Sequence record: NC_061444.1
Strand: one strand, 5' to 3'
DNA length: 64,000 nucleotides
Positions 45,353 to 54,397 of this stretch are shown here, in pieces. Both the position numbers and the translations under genes were made by a program. Below the pieces are notes generated by a model, which worked only from the letters and a program-made list of their open reading frames with translations, was not told the origin of the DNA and ran no database searches. Numbering within the stretch: the stretch's first letter is position 1; each line of letters starts with the position of its first letter.

Positions 45353-46318
45353 TTACCAGTTAGTGTCTGTGATGTTGGACTCACCCAAAGCGCGTTTGAA
45401 AGAATCAGGAGTTAAACCGAATCTAGCCATATCGGATTTCTTAACCACCAGCTTCTGGCCCTTCTTATTGGTGAATACACCTTTACCTTTTTCGACAGTA
45501 CCGGTCCAGCCAGCAGCAGAAGTGATAGCTTTACCGCCATTCAACTCTTTCAGCATACGCTTGGACATGCGGGTGTCTTTATCCCACTGACGGGACTGCG
45601 CCTGCAACGACTGACGAGCAGCATCACGAAGCTGACCCTCAGTTTTATACTGTTCGCCTTTCGGTCCGCTTGATTTGTCATAGTGACGCCACAAGCTATT
45701 CTCGTTCTTAGGCTTAGGCTTAGCTTTCGCATTAGGTGCAGTACCCGGCTTCAATTTCTTCGCAGCAGGAGAAGCACCAATCTTATCGAACTTCTCACCA
45801 GTCGCGTATCGCGGCTTGAGTAGAGAAGGTGCACGATGCGTACCGCTCGCTTTTACCCAGAAGCTATTCGTTTTAGCTTTACCGATTTTACCAATAGTAT
45901 AATCAGGCTGGGTAGATGTGATGTACGTAGGACGCACTGTGGGATCTAAGACCTTCAAGCCTGCTTTAGCTAAGGAGGACAGTGCATCTTTAGCCAGCTT
46001 TTTGGCCGCAGCAACGTCCTTCTTGATCGTAGCATTGTTTGCTTTGATCTTGTCACGTAGCGGCCCTTTCTTACCTGCATCACGCGTAGACTTCAACTTG
46101 AGTTTAAGTTTCTCGGTGGCTTGGCTAAGTTTAGCCGCAGACAGACCAAGCTTCTTCGCGGAAGCGAGAGAAGTGGCGGCCTTTGTGACAACAGGCTTGT
46201 GCTTCGAATCAATAACGATCATAGGACCGCTAGAAGATTGTACGATGTGGTACGCAGGTTTCTTTGCAGCAGATTCGGACAACAACGTGTCCGCGATATT
46301 AATACGAATGAGTGCCAT
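45353..46318 (-). CDS. Lys/Ala-rich basic protein, putative internal head protein
   Basis: Start moved to ATG 46318 (AGGGA RBS), giving MALIRINIADTLLSESA. Confidence 0.55.
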   Translation of the reverse strand: MALIRINIADTLLSESAAKKPAYHIVQSSSGPMIVIDSKHKPVVTKAATSLASAKKLGLSAAKLSQATEKLKLKLKSTRDAGKKGPLRDKIKANNATIKKDVAAAKKLAKDALSSLAKAGLKVLDPTVRPTYITSTQPDYTIGKIGKAKTNSFWVKASGTHRAPSLLKPRYATGEKFDKIGASPAAKKLKPGTAPNAKAKPKPKNENSLWRHYDKSSGPKGEQYKTEGQLRDAARQSLQAQSRQWDKDTRMSKRMLKELNGGKAITSAAGWTGTVEKGKGVFTNKKGQKLVVKKSDMARFGLTPDSFKRALGESNITDTNW

Positions 46319-46328
46319 TCTATTTCCC

Positions 46329-46934
46329 TTAGACCAGGGCTCTGCCTGGGAGATCGAAGTTTTTACCGGCTGAGTAATCACCCAGCGCTTGGTACAGGGA
46401 GTTGCGTAGCATCTGCTCAATGATATCTGAGTTGTGTGCCGAAGCGTCTTTGAAAGAGACCTCGATCGACTCAGTTCTCGGATTCACAACTGCATACCGC
46501 AGAGGACAGATAGCCTGTGCTTCACACCACGCATCGACTTTAATCTGCAAGTCAGGTGTTAATGGAATGCGGAAATCACTTAGCTGAAACACAACGCTTT
46601 GAATTGGTGGAGGGGAGGACTGAGACAGGAACTTACCGTTCACATTCAATCGCTCCATAGCGTTTGCGGCTTCATAGATCGTCTGATAGCCGTCACCGAT
46701 TGTAGTGAGGCTATTGAGCTTGAAGCTATGCGTTGTCAATCCTTTACGAATCAACTTGGCGATATTAAGCTCATAATCACCAGAGTCATCTCGCATAAAA
46801 GTGACGAACGCGTAGAAGGCGAAACCATCTTCTTCGCGTAAAAGTTTGTGATCTAATACACGAAAGCCCACGACACTTTGCAGTGCCTGGGCTGTGATTT
46901 GCGTCGCCTTAGATAGGGAGACGTAGATTTCCAT
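46329..46934 (-). CDS. Hypothetical protein with shared N-terminal peptide
   Basis: 201 aa, MEIYVSLSK. Confidence 0.6.
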   Translation of the reverse strand: MEIYVSLSKATQITAQALQSVVGFRVLDHKLLREEDGFAFYAFVTFMRDDSGDYELNIAKLIRKGLTTHSFKLNSLTTIGDGYQTIYEAANAMERLNVNGKFLSQSSPPPIQSVVFQLSDFRIPLTPDLQIKVDAWCEAQAICPLRYAVVNPRTESIEVSFKDASAHNSDIIEQMLRNSLYQALGDYSAGKNFDLPGRALV

Positions 46935-47269
46935 TAACGCAGACGGGCGAGAGCTTTCTTAGCAGCAGCCAGAGTAGGTTGGATATCGCCTTCGTCGTCG
47001 AACTCACCTTCGAAACGAATGTCGAGACCAGTCACGTTGAAACCTTCGTCTTCATCTTTGGTGATGATGCCGAAACGAGCGGTGTCGCCGGTAGCGCTGA
47101 TGAAACGCAGATCCAGAATGTCGTTCGGACCTTCGAGGTCAGACGGCATACCATCGTCGATGATCTCGAACAGAGCTTTCTTGTCCAGACCCTTGAAGAA
47201 GGCGTTCAGTGCAGGAGATGCAGACTCGGATTTAACAGCGTCGTTCAGGTTCAGTTTGATAAGAGACAT
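46934..47269 (-). CDS. Small acidic protein with shared N-terminal peptide
   Basis: 111 aa, MSLIKLNLNDAVKSESA. Confidence 0.6.
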   Translation of the reverse strand: MSLIKLNLNDAVKSESASPALNAFFKGLDKKALFEIIDDGMPSDLEGPNDILDLRFISATGDTARFGIITKDEDEGFNVTGLDIRFEGEFDDEGDIQPTLAAAKKALARLR

Positions 47270-47271
47270 GA

Positions 47272-47844
47272 TTAGTTTACTCCAACTTGTTTAGTGATTG
47301 TGATAACACGCTGGTACCAACCATAAATGTTATCTTCCTGAGTTTCGTCTGCCTTAGCGATGTTTTTCAACTTCGCAATACGACAGCCGTTATAGGCATA
47401 CGCCAGAACTTTGATATCACGCACTTTGCAGTACGCATCAAGAGCAGCGAGAGTCTTAGGACCAATATTCGCAGCAGGAGCAAAATCAGGATAGAGTCTG
47501 CCTCGGCTGTTTAAGATGTTCAATTGGTCTTGCAACTCTGCGATTGCTGCTGGTGGACCTGAGTTTACTGCGTAGTCGAATACCCACAATGCCAGTTCCT
47601 GACTGTACTTCGCAAGCTGATCGCATTTGCAGAAGTCCCAGAAATTAGCGCTGTAGATCGCATACGCAATCTCATAAGGCAGGTCTTGCATCGCACCCTT
47701 GTAGCCATAGGCACGAGCATTCTTTTCAGTGACGCCCCAACGAGTAGGACCGCCACGGTCAGCAGCGCGGTTTGTGTACTTCTCGCCACCTTCGCGATCA
47801 ATAACTTCCGCAATAGCTTTCTTTCTAAACGTCAATGCGTCCAT
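47272..47844 (-). CDS. Endolysin, glycoside hydrolase family 108 with PG-binding_3 C-terminus
   Basis: IDREGG, DRGGPTRWGVT, YSANFW, FDYAVNSG, NIYGWYQRV. Confidence 0.9.
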   Translation of the reverse strand: MDALTFRKKAIAEVIDREGGEKYTNRAADRGGPTRWGVTEKNARAYGYKGAMQDLPYEIAYAIYSANFWDFCKCDQLAKYSQELALWVFDYAVNSGPPAAIAELQDQLNILNSRGRLYPDFAPAANIGPKTLAALDAYCKVRDIKVLAYAYNGCRIAKLKNIAKADETQEDNIYGWYQRVITITKQVGVN

Positions 47845-47870
47845 AGATAAAGTCCTCTTTTAGACAGACT

Positions 47871-47878
47871 GAAATTAG
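47871..47878 (-). promoter_or_regulatory. Putative phage promoter motif B (CTAATTT)
   Basis: CTAATTTCAG, 27 nt upstream of endolysin start. Confidence 0.55.
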
Positions 47879-47880
47879 CG

Positions 47881-48765
47881 TTAGATGGCTAAGTTCGATT
47901 GTTTGAATCGCATATTAGGTCTGGTTCCCGGAATGAGGTTCGACGCAACATCGTAGTCCCTCGAATCCAACATTACCAGAGTGTTGAATGCTTTCCAGTA
48001 GAACAGGCCAAACGTGAGATTGACCGTTTCGTCCGGTGCTGACCTTGATCCCCAGAAAAGGCCGTTGTCCCTATATGGCAAATATATGTCGGCATAGTTT
48101 CCTTTGTCTGTTGCAACGATTATCTGTCTCAGCGCCATTGCATATCGAAAATTAACAGTATAGGTTGTATACACATCTGTTGGAACTATACTTGGATGGT
48201 CATAGCCAGTGATAAACTGATCAGAATTGGATGCAGGTTTATCAACGATTGCGCCATTGTAGGACAGAAGATGAATGGTACTAGGAAATCTTCCAAATTG
48301 ATCGCCCCACGTGTCTGTTGCGTAAGCAGCACATTTTGGAAAGTGTAATTGCACGTCGAACGGACAGTTAACAATTATAGTACCCTTCGTTACTGTATAC
48401 GAGGATTGATACGGTGCGCGTGTCGCTGCATAGCTCTGATAATCAGTAGACACAGCATCGGAATTATGCAGTGAAAATCCTACAGTGTTCTCCTGAGTTA
48501 TAGGGTCATACGTAGCAGGTGACCAGTTCGCATCTGCTGCGTACTTTGCGAAAGTAGGGAAGTATTTATTTCCATATTGTCCAGCAATAGGATTGAGTTG
48601 ACTACCCGTACCAAGAATTGCTCGCGCTTTGTGTGCGTTGGCTTTCGCAAATGTCATGTCACGCATTTGAGCTTTGGTGACACCGTCCTTATCATCGAAG
48701 AAAAGAACGTTTGGCATTGTTGCCACAGGACTCGCGAGTCCGAATAGAGCAGCTATGTACTGCAT
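47881..48765 (-). CDS. Hypothetical protein, low-GC paralogue family member 4
   Basis: 294 aa; MQYIA, LFFD, KARAILG, LNPIAG, MLDSRDYDVASNLIPG..NMRF. Confidence 0.6.
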   Translation of the reverse strand: MQYIAALFGLASPVATMPNVLFFDDKDGVTKAQMRDMTFAKANAHKARAILGTGSQLNPIAGQYGNKYFPTFAKYAADANWSPATYDPITQENTVGFSLHNSDAVSTDYQSYAATRAPYQSSYTVTKGTIIVNCPFDVQLHFPKCAAYATDTWGDQFGRFPSTIHLLSYNGAIVDKPASNSDQFITGYDHPSIVPTDVYTTYTVNFRYAMALRQIIVATDKGNYADIYLPYRDNGLFWGSRSAPDETVNLTFGLFYWKAFNTLVMLDSRDYDVASNLIPGTRPNMRFKQSNLAI

Positions 48766-48811
48766 ATGATTACCTCTAGGTAAACAAATTTAAGGTACTC
48801 CGAATTTAGGT

Positions 48812-48819
48812 AAAATTAG
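48812..48819 (-). promoter_or_regulatory. Putative phage promoter motif B (CTAATTT)
   Basis: CTAATTTT between a terminator and start 48765. Confidence 0.5.
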
Positions 48820-48832
48820 ATGCAAGATCGAC

Positions 48833-48852
48833 AAAAGGGGCCGAAGCCCCTT
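48833..48852 (-). terminator. Rho-independent terminator
   Basis: AAGGGGC-TTCG-GCCCC-TTTT. Confidence 0.8.
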
Positions 48853-49192
48853 AGAATACCCAACGTGTTGACCAAGCGATTAAAGCAGAGAGAATACCTA
48901 TATGCGCGAGATATGCGTATTGCAACACATGACCTCTGACGTAGCGATTTAGTCCACCAGCATACGCACCATCATAGACAGCGGCAATGATCACAAACGA
49001 CATGACGTAGGTGAACACATGCCACTTGGTCATCTCCATGGCTTCATTGCAAAACACAAGCAGGAACAATGCTACACCCATGATGTACCATGCGCGTTTT
49101 ACTTCGGTTAGTTTGATACCGAGAACAACAGGTCGCATCGCAAATGACGCAAGTATCGACACCAGCACTAACGCTTCATAATCGGCTGACAT
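48851..49192 (-). CDS. Small multi-pass membrane protein (holin is a possibility)
   Basis: 113 aa, 3-4 hydrophobic segments; 1 kb from the endolysin but separated by a terminator. Confidence 0.5.
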   Translation of the reverse strand: MSADYEALVLVSILASFAMRPVVLGIKLTEVKRAWYIMGVALFLLVFCNEAMEMTKWHVFTYVMSFVIIAAVYDGAYAGGLNRYVRGHVLQYAYLAHIGILSALIAWSTRWVF

Positions 49193-49482
49193 GCTTCCTC
49201 CACCTGAGCAGAGGTTACACGGGAACGACGAGCATCAAGAGCAAGTTGTGCCCTGCGTCCAATACGTGCCATAGACTCAAGATCTTCATCAGAGTAACCG
49301 CTCATGCTTTCAGCAACCGTAGCAATCTTGGTCATCTGATCGGGAGTTAGGTCATACTGATCGATACCGCCAATGAGACCAACATCGAACCCTGCCAACT
49401 TATTCCAAACGTCAGGCACACTGTCATCGATCTTAACCATCAATGTTCCATGCCGCGCTACGTCGTGAATATTACGAGACAT
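49168..49482 (-). CDS. Hypothetical protein
   Basis: 104 aa, GGAG RBS. Confidence 0.65.
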   Translation of the reverse strand: MSRNIHDVARHGTLMVKIDDSVPDVWNKLAGFDVGLIGGIDQYDLTPDQMTKIATVAESMSGYSDEDLESMARIGRRAQLALDARRSRVTSAQVEEACQPIMKR

Positions 49483-49483
49483 A

Positions 49484-50203
49484 CTAAACTCCCTGATTAG
49501 CGAGATAAGTATCGGTGATGTTCGAGGTCTTCTCTACGTTACCACGAATGTAACCGATTTCGAATACCTGCACGTTGTGTTTCACAACTGCTTCGCCAAC
49601 AGTCTCACACGCACCGCTGTTCAGATCGAGGAAAGCCTGACACAAACGTTCTGCGACAGGCTTGGCTAAGATCTTCATCAGCGTGTGCTTTTGAATAGCA
49701 GTCAGCTTGATAGGCAGCGCGTCGATCTCGCGCTCTATGTTCTTGCGACCACCGTGATAGATCCAACGACAGATGGTTGCAGTCAAAGGCTTCTGGTGAG
49801 TCTTCGACGGCAACGTGTAGATGTAGGTCATCAGTCGATAGAACAGGCTACCGTCGATTGCACGTTTCTTGAGATCATCAAGATACTGACCGACAGGTGC
49901 GAGCTTACCTTTTTGCGGAACCATTTCGTCGAGTTTGAGATCAACGTCAAGTCCGTAACGACGCAGCGTTTCAGAATGACCAAACACATAGAAGATATGG
50001 TCAGGCATGTCACGAATCGCTACTGCATTGCGCGAATACTCTTTCGTACCTACAATAAACAGGTACTTACGATATTTCTTTGAAGGGTCAATGGTGCCAC
50101 CCTGAGGAACGAATGTCACTCGGTCTGCATGACCCTTCTTCTTGAGCCAGCCCAGAACTTGCTCTGGGCTTTGGCGTGTTACCGCGATTACAGGCATTGT
50201 CAC
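49484..50203 (-). CDS. Hypothetical protein
   Basis: 239 aa, packed in operon after sbcC. Confidence 0.7.
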   Translation of the reverse strand: MTMPVIAVTRQSPEQVLGWLKKKGHADRVTFVPQGGTIDPSKKYRKYLFIVGTKEYSRNAVAIRDMPDHIFYVFGHSETLRRYGLDVDLKLDEMVPQKGKLAPVGQYLDDLKKRAIDGSLFYRLMTYIYTLPSKTHQKPLTATICRWIYHGGRKNIEREIDALPIKLTAIQKHTLMKILAKPVAERLCQAFLDLNSGACETVGEAVVKHNVQVFEIGYIRGNVEKTSNITDTYLANQGV

Positions 50204-50520
50204 TCCACTGTGTTCAACGCATTAGCAGTGTACTCGCGCAGAGTACGTTCGATATTTGTCGCTAACGTAGGATGACAGATCAGCTGGTGGTCTTTCATGT
50301 ACACACGCAGCGAAGGTCGCATCACCTTACGCACTTTAGGATAAAGACCGAATATGCGATGCAGAGGAGTTTTGAAGTAGAACTCCTCTTGCTCCTCCAT
50401 GCAGTTGTGATTAGCAACAACTTCGTATTTGGCAAAGATGCCTGGGTTGCGATTTATATACGCAGGGTCGAGAGGCACACTGCCCTTCTCGTGCTTAGTA
50501 TCAAGCTGACCGAAGATCAT
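50200..50520 (-). CDS. Hypothetical protein
   Basis: 106 aa, TAATG coupling to sbcC. Confidence 0.65.
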   Translation of the reverse strand: MIFGQLDTKHEKGSVPLDPAYINRNPGIFAKYEVVANHNCMEEQEEFYFKTPLHRIFGLYPKVRKVMRPSLRVYMKDHQLICHPTLATNIERTLREYTANALNTVE

Positions 50521-52856
50521 TACATCACCTTACGCGTGAGTGCGGACCTGCCCTGTTTCTTGGTCACAGTCCACTGATTGTTAGAGAAGTGCTCAACGTC
50601 ATTCGGAGTTATCCAGTAGATGTTCGGGATAATCTGTTTGAGTATTGGCAGGAAGTTATTGATGATATGCTCACTGACTGCTGGGCTGCAACTGTTATCA
50701 GGCTCGTCGAGAATGATAAAGTTCGTGCGGCGATTAGCAGGGATGAATGGCATGATCGCTACAGCAAACAACAGGCGGAAGCAGTTAGTCTCTGCACCAC
50801 TCATGATTGCAATGTCGGTTGTCTTCTTAGAAGACACACGCGTAACGGTAGCGCCAACACCTTGCTTAGTCGTGAACAAATCGAAACGCATAGGCTCAGG
50901 GAATACCAGACTGGAGTATTCGTTCAACTTCGCCTCAATCTGTTTGATACGACCTTCAACAGCTTTCAGTTTGAGTGCGTTGTTGCTGTATGCCTTGTAC
51001 AAGACTTCGAACACCTTGCGCTTATCAATCAGCGGTTGCAGGTCTGCGAGTTTACCACGAAGCTCTTTGAGAGTTTCCTCGTAGTGCTCATGCTCCTGAA
51101 TACGCATCTGGATGTTCTGCGCTTTGCGTTCTTTCTTCTCGATATCGGTAATCAGCTTTTCAACTTCGGCGCTTACCTTTTTATATCGGCCATCGAGAAT
51201 GTAGAATGGATCTTCCGGCTCACCAACAGCTTTGAGTGCAGCACGAATGTCTTTCAGAATCTCAAGGTCCTTGATGCGGTTCTTGATTGTCTTACGAGCT
51301 TTCTTAGGCTGCTTCACTGCTTTTGGTTTCTTGAGCGCATCACGTCTGGCCACCAGCTTCTCATACTTCTTCGCTGTCTCGAATTGTTCTTCGATATCGT
51401 CCAGAGCAGCACCGACAGCTTTGAGTTTACGCTCAAGGTCTTTGCGCTTATGCTTAGGCTTCTTCACTTTGTTGTCTTGCAACTCGGTGAGTTCTGCATT
51501 CAGCTTGTGATATTCGATTGCTTCAATGCACTCGTCAATGATTGCCTGAGCTTTCGTTGCAGCGCGAGCCATAGCTTTCAGGTTAACACCCTGACCGCAC
51601 GTAGGACAAGAGTTGCCGTCGTGATCGTGTTCTTCAAACGCGCGATACGCCTGAACTATTGCTTTGGCTTCTGCTCGGGAATCCTGTGCCTCTTCCTGAG
51701 TTCGTTTAGGAGCTTTGAGCTTAGACAGCTTTTTACTGAGCTTGTCCACTGCTTCTCGCCAGTCGTCGTACTCTTCCTGCTGTTCATCGACTTTCTCCAA
51801 TAACGCTTCGAGGCTTTCTTCCTCTTTAACTAAGCGTCCATGTTCTTTGCGTAGCTTTTTGTTGTCGAGATCAGCAACATCACCAAGCGCTTTGATTTTC
51901 TTTTTGACTTCGGACAGTTCAGACTGATACTCGTCCAGAGCTTCGACAAAGGCATCGTAGCGATCATGTTCTTGCAACAGACCGCGCAGATTGTTCAGTT
52001 CACCTTTAAGGTCGTCTGTCTCAATTCCCAACGTGTCGAGTTGGTGCTTGAGTTTTTCGTACTTCTTCGCAGTAGAACGTTGGGTACCGAGTTCAATCAA
52101 TTGCTCGGACAACTCATTACGCCGCGCTTTCATCTTGTCAGAATGCTTGATGATTGCTTTCAGCGTATTCTTTTCTTCTGCGTGAATAGACAGAGCGTTC
52201 TGCTTACGTTGTGTAACGTCAAGCATATCAGCAAGACCCTTCGATTCTGTCTCGGCGTCTTTGGCCAAGTCCAGTTTCTTCTTCAACGCCTGTCGAATGT
52301 TGTCGAAGATATCGAGGTTGAACAGCGAGGTCAGGTACGTCAGGCGTTCAGCAGGTGTAGCGCGTTGGAACGGATGCTGAATCTGCGACTGAATGTACGC
52401 ATAACTATAGAACTCGTCACGCGTTAGTGGCCAGTGCTTTGTCACCCAAGAGCGAGCAACATCCTGACGATCTACTTTCTGGTTCTCACCGTTGTAGAAT
52501 ACCTGATACTTTGTTTTGGTCTGAATAATACGAACTTCACCACCAAGAGGTGATTGCCATGCAAGCTCGATGGAGCTGTCTTTGCCTAGCATGTTCCCCT
52601 TGTCTTTCTTTTTCATTGCAAGAGGATCTGCTTCGTACAGCAGAGTAGGTATAGCACCGAACAGGAGGCTTTTGCCTACACCGTTCGTATTGTCTTTAAC
52701 ATTAGGACTGTCGAGGTTCTTACCACAAATGGTTGCGAAGCCTTCACTGTCCAGTGTAGCAATATCAAGTTCTTCGTAAACACCAACATCACGCAGATGG
52801 ATTTCTTTCAACCCTATCCCGTGATGATGTTTCTGCTTTTGCTTCGCTTTGCCCAT
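50520..52856 (-). CDS. sbcC: SbcC/Rad50/gp46-like SMC-type ATPase
   Basis: GKN...NGVGKS Walker A, long coiled coil with CPTCGQ zinc hook, MSGAE signature, ILDEPD Walker B. Confidence 0.9.
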   Translation of the reverse strand: MGKAKQKQKHHHGIGLKEIHLRDVGVYEELDIATLDSEGFATICGKNLDSPNVKDNTNGVGKSLLFGAIPTLLYEADPLAMKKKDKGNMLGKDSSIELAWQSPLGGEVRIIQTKTKYQVFYNGENQKVDRQDVARSWVTKHWPLTRDEFYSYAYIQSQIQHPFQRATPAERLTYLTSLFNLDIFDNIRQALKKKLDLAKDAETESKGLADMLDVTQRKQNALSIHAEEKNTLKAIIKHSDKMKARRNELSEQLIELGTQRSTAKKYEKLKHQLDTLGIETDDLKGELNNLRGLLQEHDRYDAFVEALDEYQSELSEVKKKIKALGDVADLDNKKLRKEHGRLVKEEESLEALLEKVDEQQEEYDDWREAVDKLSKKLSKLKAPKRTQEEAQDSRAEAKAIVQAYRAFEEHDHDGNSCPTCGQGVNLKAMARAATKAQAIIDECIEAIEYHKLNAELTELQDNKVKKPKHKRKDLERKLKAVGAALDDIEEQFETAKKYEKLVARRDALKKPKAVKQPKKARKTIKNRIKDLEILKDIRAALKAVGEPEDPFYILDGRYKKVSAEVEKLITDIEKKERKAQNIQMRIQEHEHYEETLKELRGKLADLQPLIDKRKVFEVLYKAYSNNALKLKAVEGRIKQIEAKLNEYSSLVFPEPMRFDLFTTKQGVGATVTRVSSKKTTDIAIMSGAETNCFRLLFAVAIMPFIPANRRTNFIILDEPDNSCSPAVSEHIINNFLPILKQIIPNIYWITPNDVEHFSNNQWTVTKKQGRSALTRKVM

Positions 52857-53065
52857 TAGATATACTCGTAGGTCTTTTCTTGGATCAGGCCTTTGCCGTG
52901 AATCTGCTCGAACACTTCGATTTCATCGGCAGTGTATTCTTCGGCAGACTCTGCGATCACGTCATACGCGTATGACTCGTCACTCGTATCGGACTCAACG
53001 AGTTTAACGATACGCCAGAGAGGTACCTGCACAGGCTCGCGCTTTAACATGGTTGCATTCGTCAT
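52856..53065 (-). CDS. Small acidic hypothetical protein
   Basis: Start moved to ATG 53065 (TAATG coupling); 69 aa. Confidence 0.6.
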   Translation of the reverse strand: MTNATMLKREPVQVPLWRIVKLVESDTSDESYAYDVIAESAEEYTADEIEVFEQIHGKGLIQEKTYEYI

Positions 53066-53274
53066 TAGTGAATCACCGTCGTTGGTTCGATCCACAATTC
53101 AACCGCGTTGTATTTCTTACGCAGTTCGTTCAGTACCTTGTCAGACACAGGTTTGGGTGAGGAGAAGATGCACTGAGGTACTTTCTCCTCTTGTCCTGTC
53201 ACTGGGTTGATATCGAGATCGTGACGCATTACGTTCCAGCGCTTATTCTCGCGGATATTGATAGTCTGTTTCAC
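53065..53274 (-). CDS. Small hypothetical protein
   Basis: 69 aa, first gene after motif A. Confidence 0.6.
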   Translation of the reverse strand: MKQTINIRENKRWNVMRHDLDINPVTGQEEKVPQCIFSSPKPVSDKVLNELRKKYNAVELWIEPTTVIH

Positions 53275-53311
53275 AGCAGGTACCTATTATTTCAGTATGA
53301 ATGATACTCGT

Positions 53312-53320
53312 TATTTACAG
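53312..53320 (-). promoter_or_regulatory. Putative phage promoter motif A (CTGTAAATA)
   Basis: Exact motif after a terminator, heading the sbcC operon. Confidence 0.55.
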
Positions 53321-53337
53321 TTTTAAAGGGTATAGAC

Positions 53338-53370
53338 AAAAAGAAGGGCCACCAGCATAGGCAGCCCTCT
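53338..53370 (-). terminator. Rho-independent terminator
   Basis: GGGCTGCC-TATGCT-GGTGGCCC-TTCTTTTT. Confidence 0.7.
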
Positions 53371-53372
53371 TT

Positions 53373-53822
53373 TCAGTAGCGTCTCGGCTTCTTAGGTTTC
53401 TTAGGCCTCGTAGATTTAGGACGCTTAATGCGTTGCAGCGCTTTACGTGCCTCTGCAATCTGACCAGACAGTGCTGCGCGTTGCTTCTTCGTCGCATCAG
53501 TATCTTGCTCAGTGCCTTTGAGTTTCTCAAGGCGATTCCACTCTTTGACCAAGCGATCCACAACAGCGGCACGGGAGACACGTTGTTGGTTGGTGCGCAC
53601 AATATCCTGTTGCGTCTTAACAGAGCGTTGAGCGTCAAGCACTTTGTTTCGTGCGGACTCTACACCTTTCGTATCACCTTCGGACTGTTTATCGTTAAGA
53701 GCTTTACGTGCAGCATTCGAACGGCGCTGTGCCCCTTTCAGGTCATCACGCGAGTTCTCTAAACTGACTTTAGCTTCTTCGAGTGGGCTTGAACGCACAC
53801 TCAAACTAACCATGATTTCCAT
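53373..53822 (-). CDS. Basic coiled-coil protein with shared N-terminal peptide
   Basis: 149 aa, MEIMVSLSV; Lys/Arg/Pro-rich C-terminal tail. Confidence 0.6.
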   Translation of the reverse strand: MEIMVSLSVRSSPLEEAKVSLENSRDDLKGAQRRSNAARKALNDKQSEGDTKGVESARNKVLDAQRSVKTQQDIVRTNQQRVSRAAVVDRLVKEWNRLEKLKGTEQDTDATKKQRAALSGQIAEARKALQRIKRPKSTRPKKPKKPRRY

Positions 53823-53828
53823 AGGACC

Positions 53829-54380
53829 TCACACAGGCTGTATGGTGAGAATTGTGTACTGACCTTCCTTACGTGTGCCAACGACTTTGAACTTATAGCC
53901 CACAGGGTAGATCCATTCTTTCTCTTCCTCTACACCCTCAATGAGATCGTCACGCCATTCTTCGTCACCAGAAAAGGCTTCTTCGAGAGGGATAGACAGG
54001 ATGTAATCTTTCAGGCGCTGGTGGTAGTTAAAGCCCTTGAGTTTGGGCGATGGTGCAGGTAAGAGTTCGAGCACAACATGAACCTCTGCGAACTTCTTGG
54101 CGATAGCCTTATCCTCAGAGAATGACATGTAACGATTCAGACGAGCGTAACCCTGTTCTTCCAGTTGCTCATTGATCCGGCTTTGCTCTTGTCGATAGAT
54201 GCCGCGATACAATGGCTTCTTAGGGACTTCGGAATACTTTCTGATAAGTTCATTCAAATCATCATCACCACCAAACGCAGAGATGATCTGAGACTTGTCG
54301 TGAATAAGACCCATCAGAACTTCTTGTTGTTCTTCTGTGTACTTAGGTACTTTTGCGCTAAGACTAACGTGAATTTCCAT
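53829..54380 (-). CDS. ADP-ribosyltransferase (R-S-E class, Alt/Mod-like) with shared N-terminal peptide
   Basis: MEIHVSLSA; LYRG, YMSFSED..IAKKFA, EEKEWIYPVGYKFKVV. Confidence 0.75.
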   Translation of the reverse strand: MEIHVSLSAKVPKYTEEQQEVLMGLIHDKSQIISAFGGDDDLNELIRKYSEVPKKPLYRGIYRQEQSRINEQLEEQGYARLNRYMSFSEDKAIAKKFAEVHVVLELLPAPSPKLKGFNYHQRLKDYILSIPLEEAFSGDEEWRDDLIEGVEEEKEWIYPVGYKFKVVGTRKEGQYTILTIQPV

Positions 54381-54397
54381 ACGTGCTCCGTAAAATG

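Noticed and set aside
40131-48765. Diversity-generating retroelement or invertible cassette explaining the four paralogues
   Set aside because: No reverse transcriptase, no template/variable repeat pair, no invertase or inverted crossover sites; all copies have the same orientation and share only short DNA identity.
50589-51803. 404-aa plus-strand ORF
   Set aside because: Antisense shadow of the Lys/Glu-rich sbcC coiled coil (hence Leu/Phe-rich).
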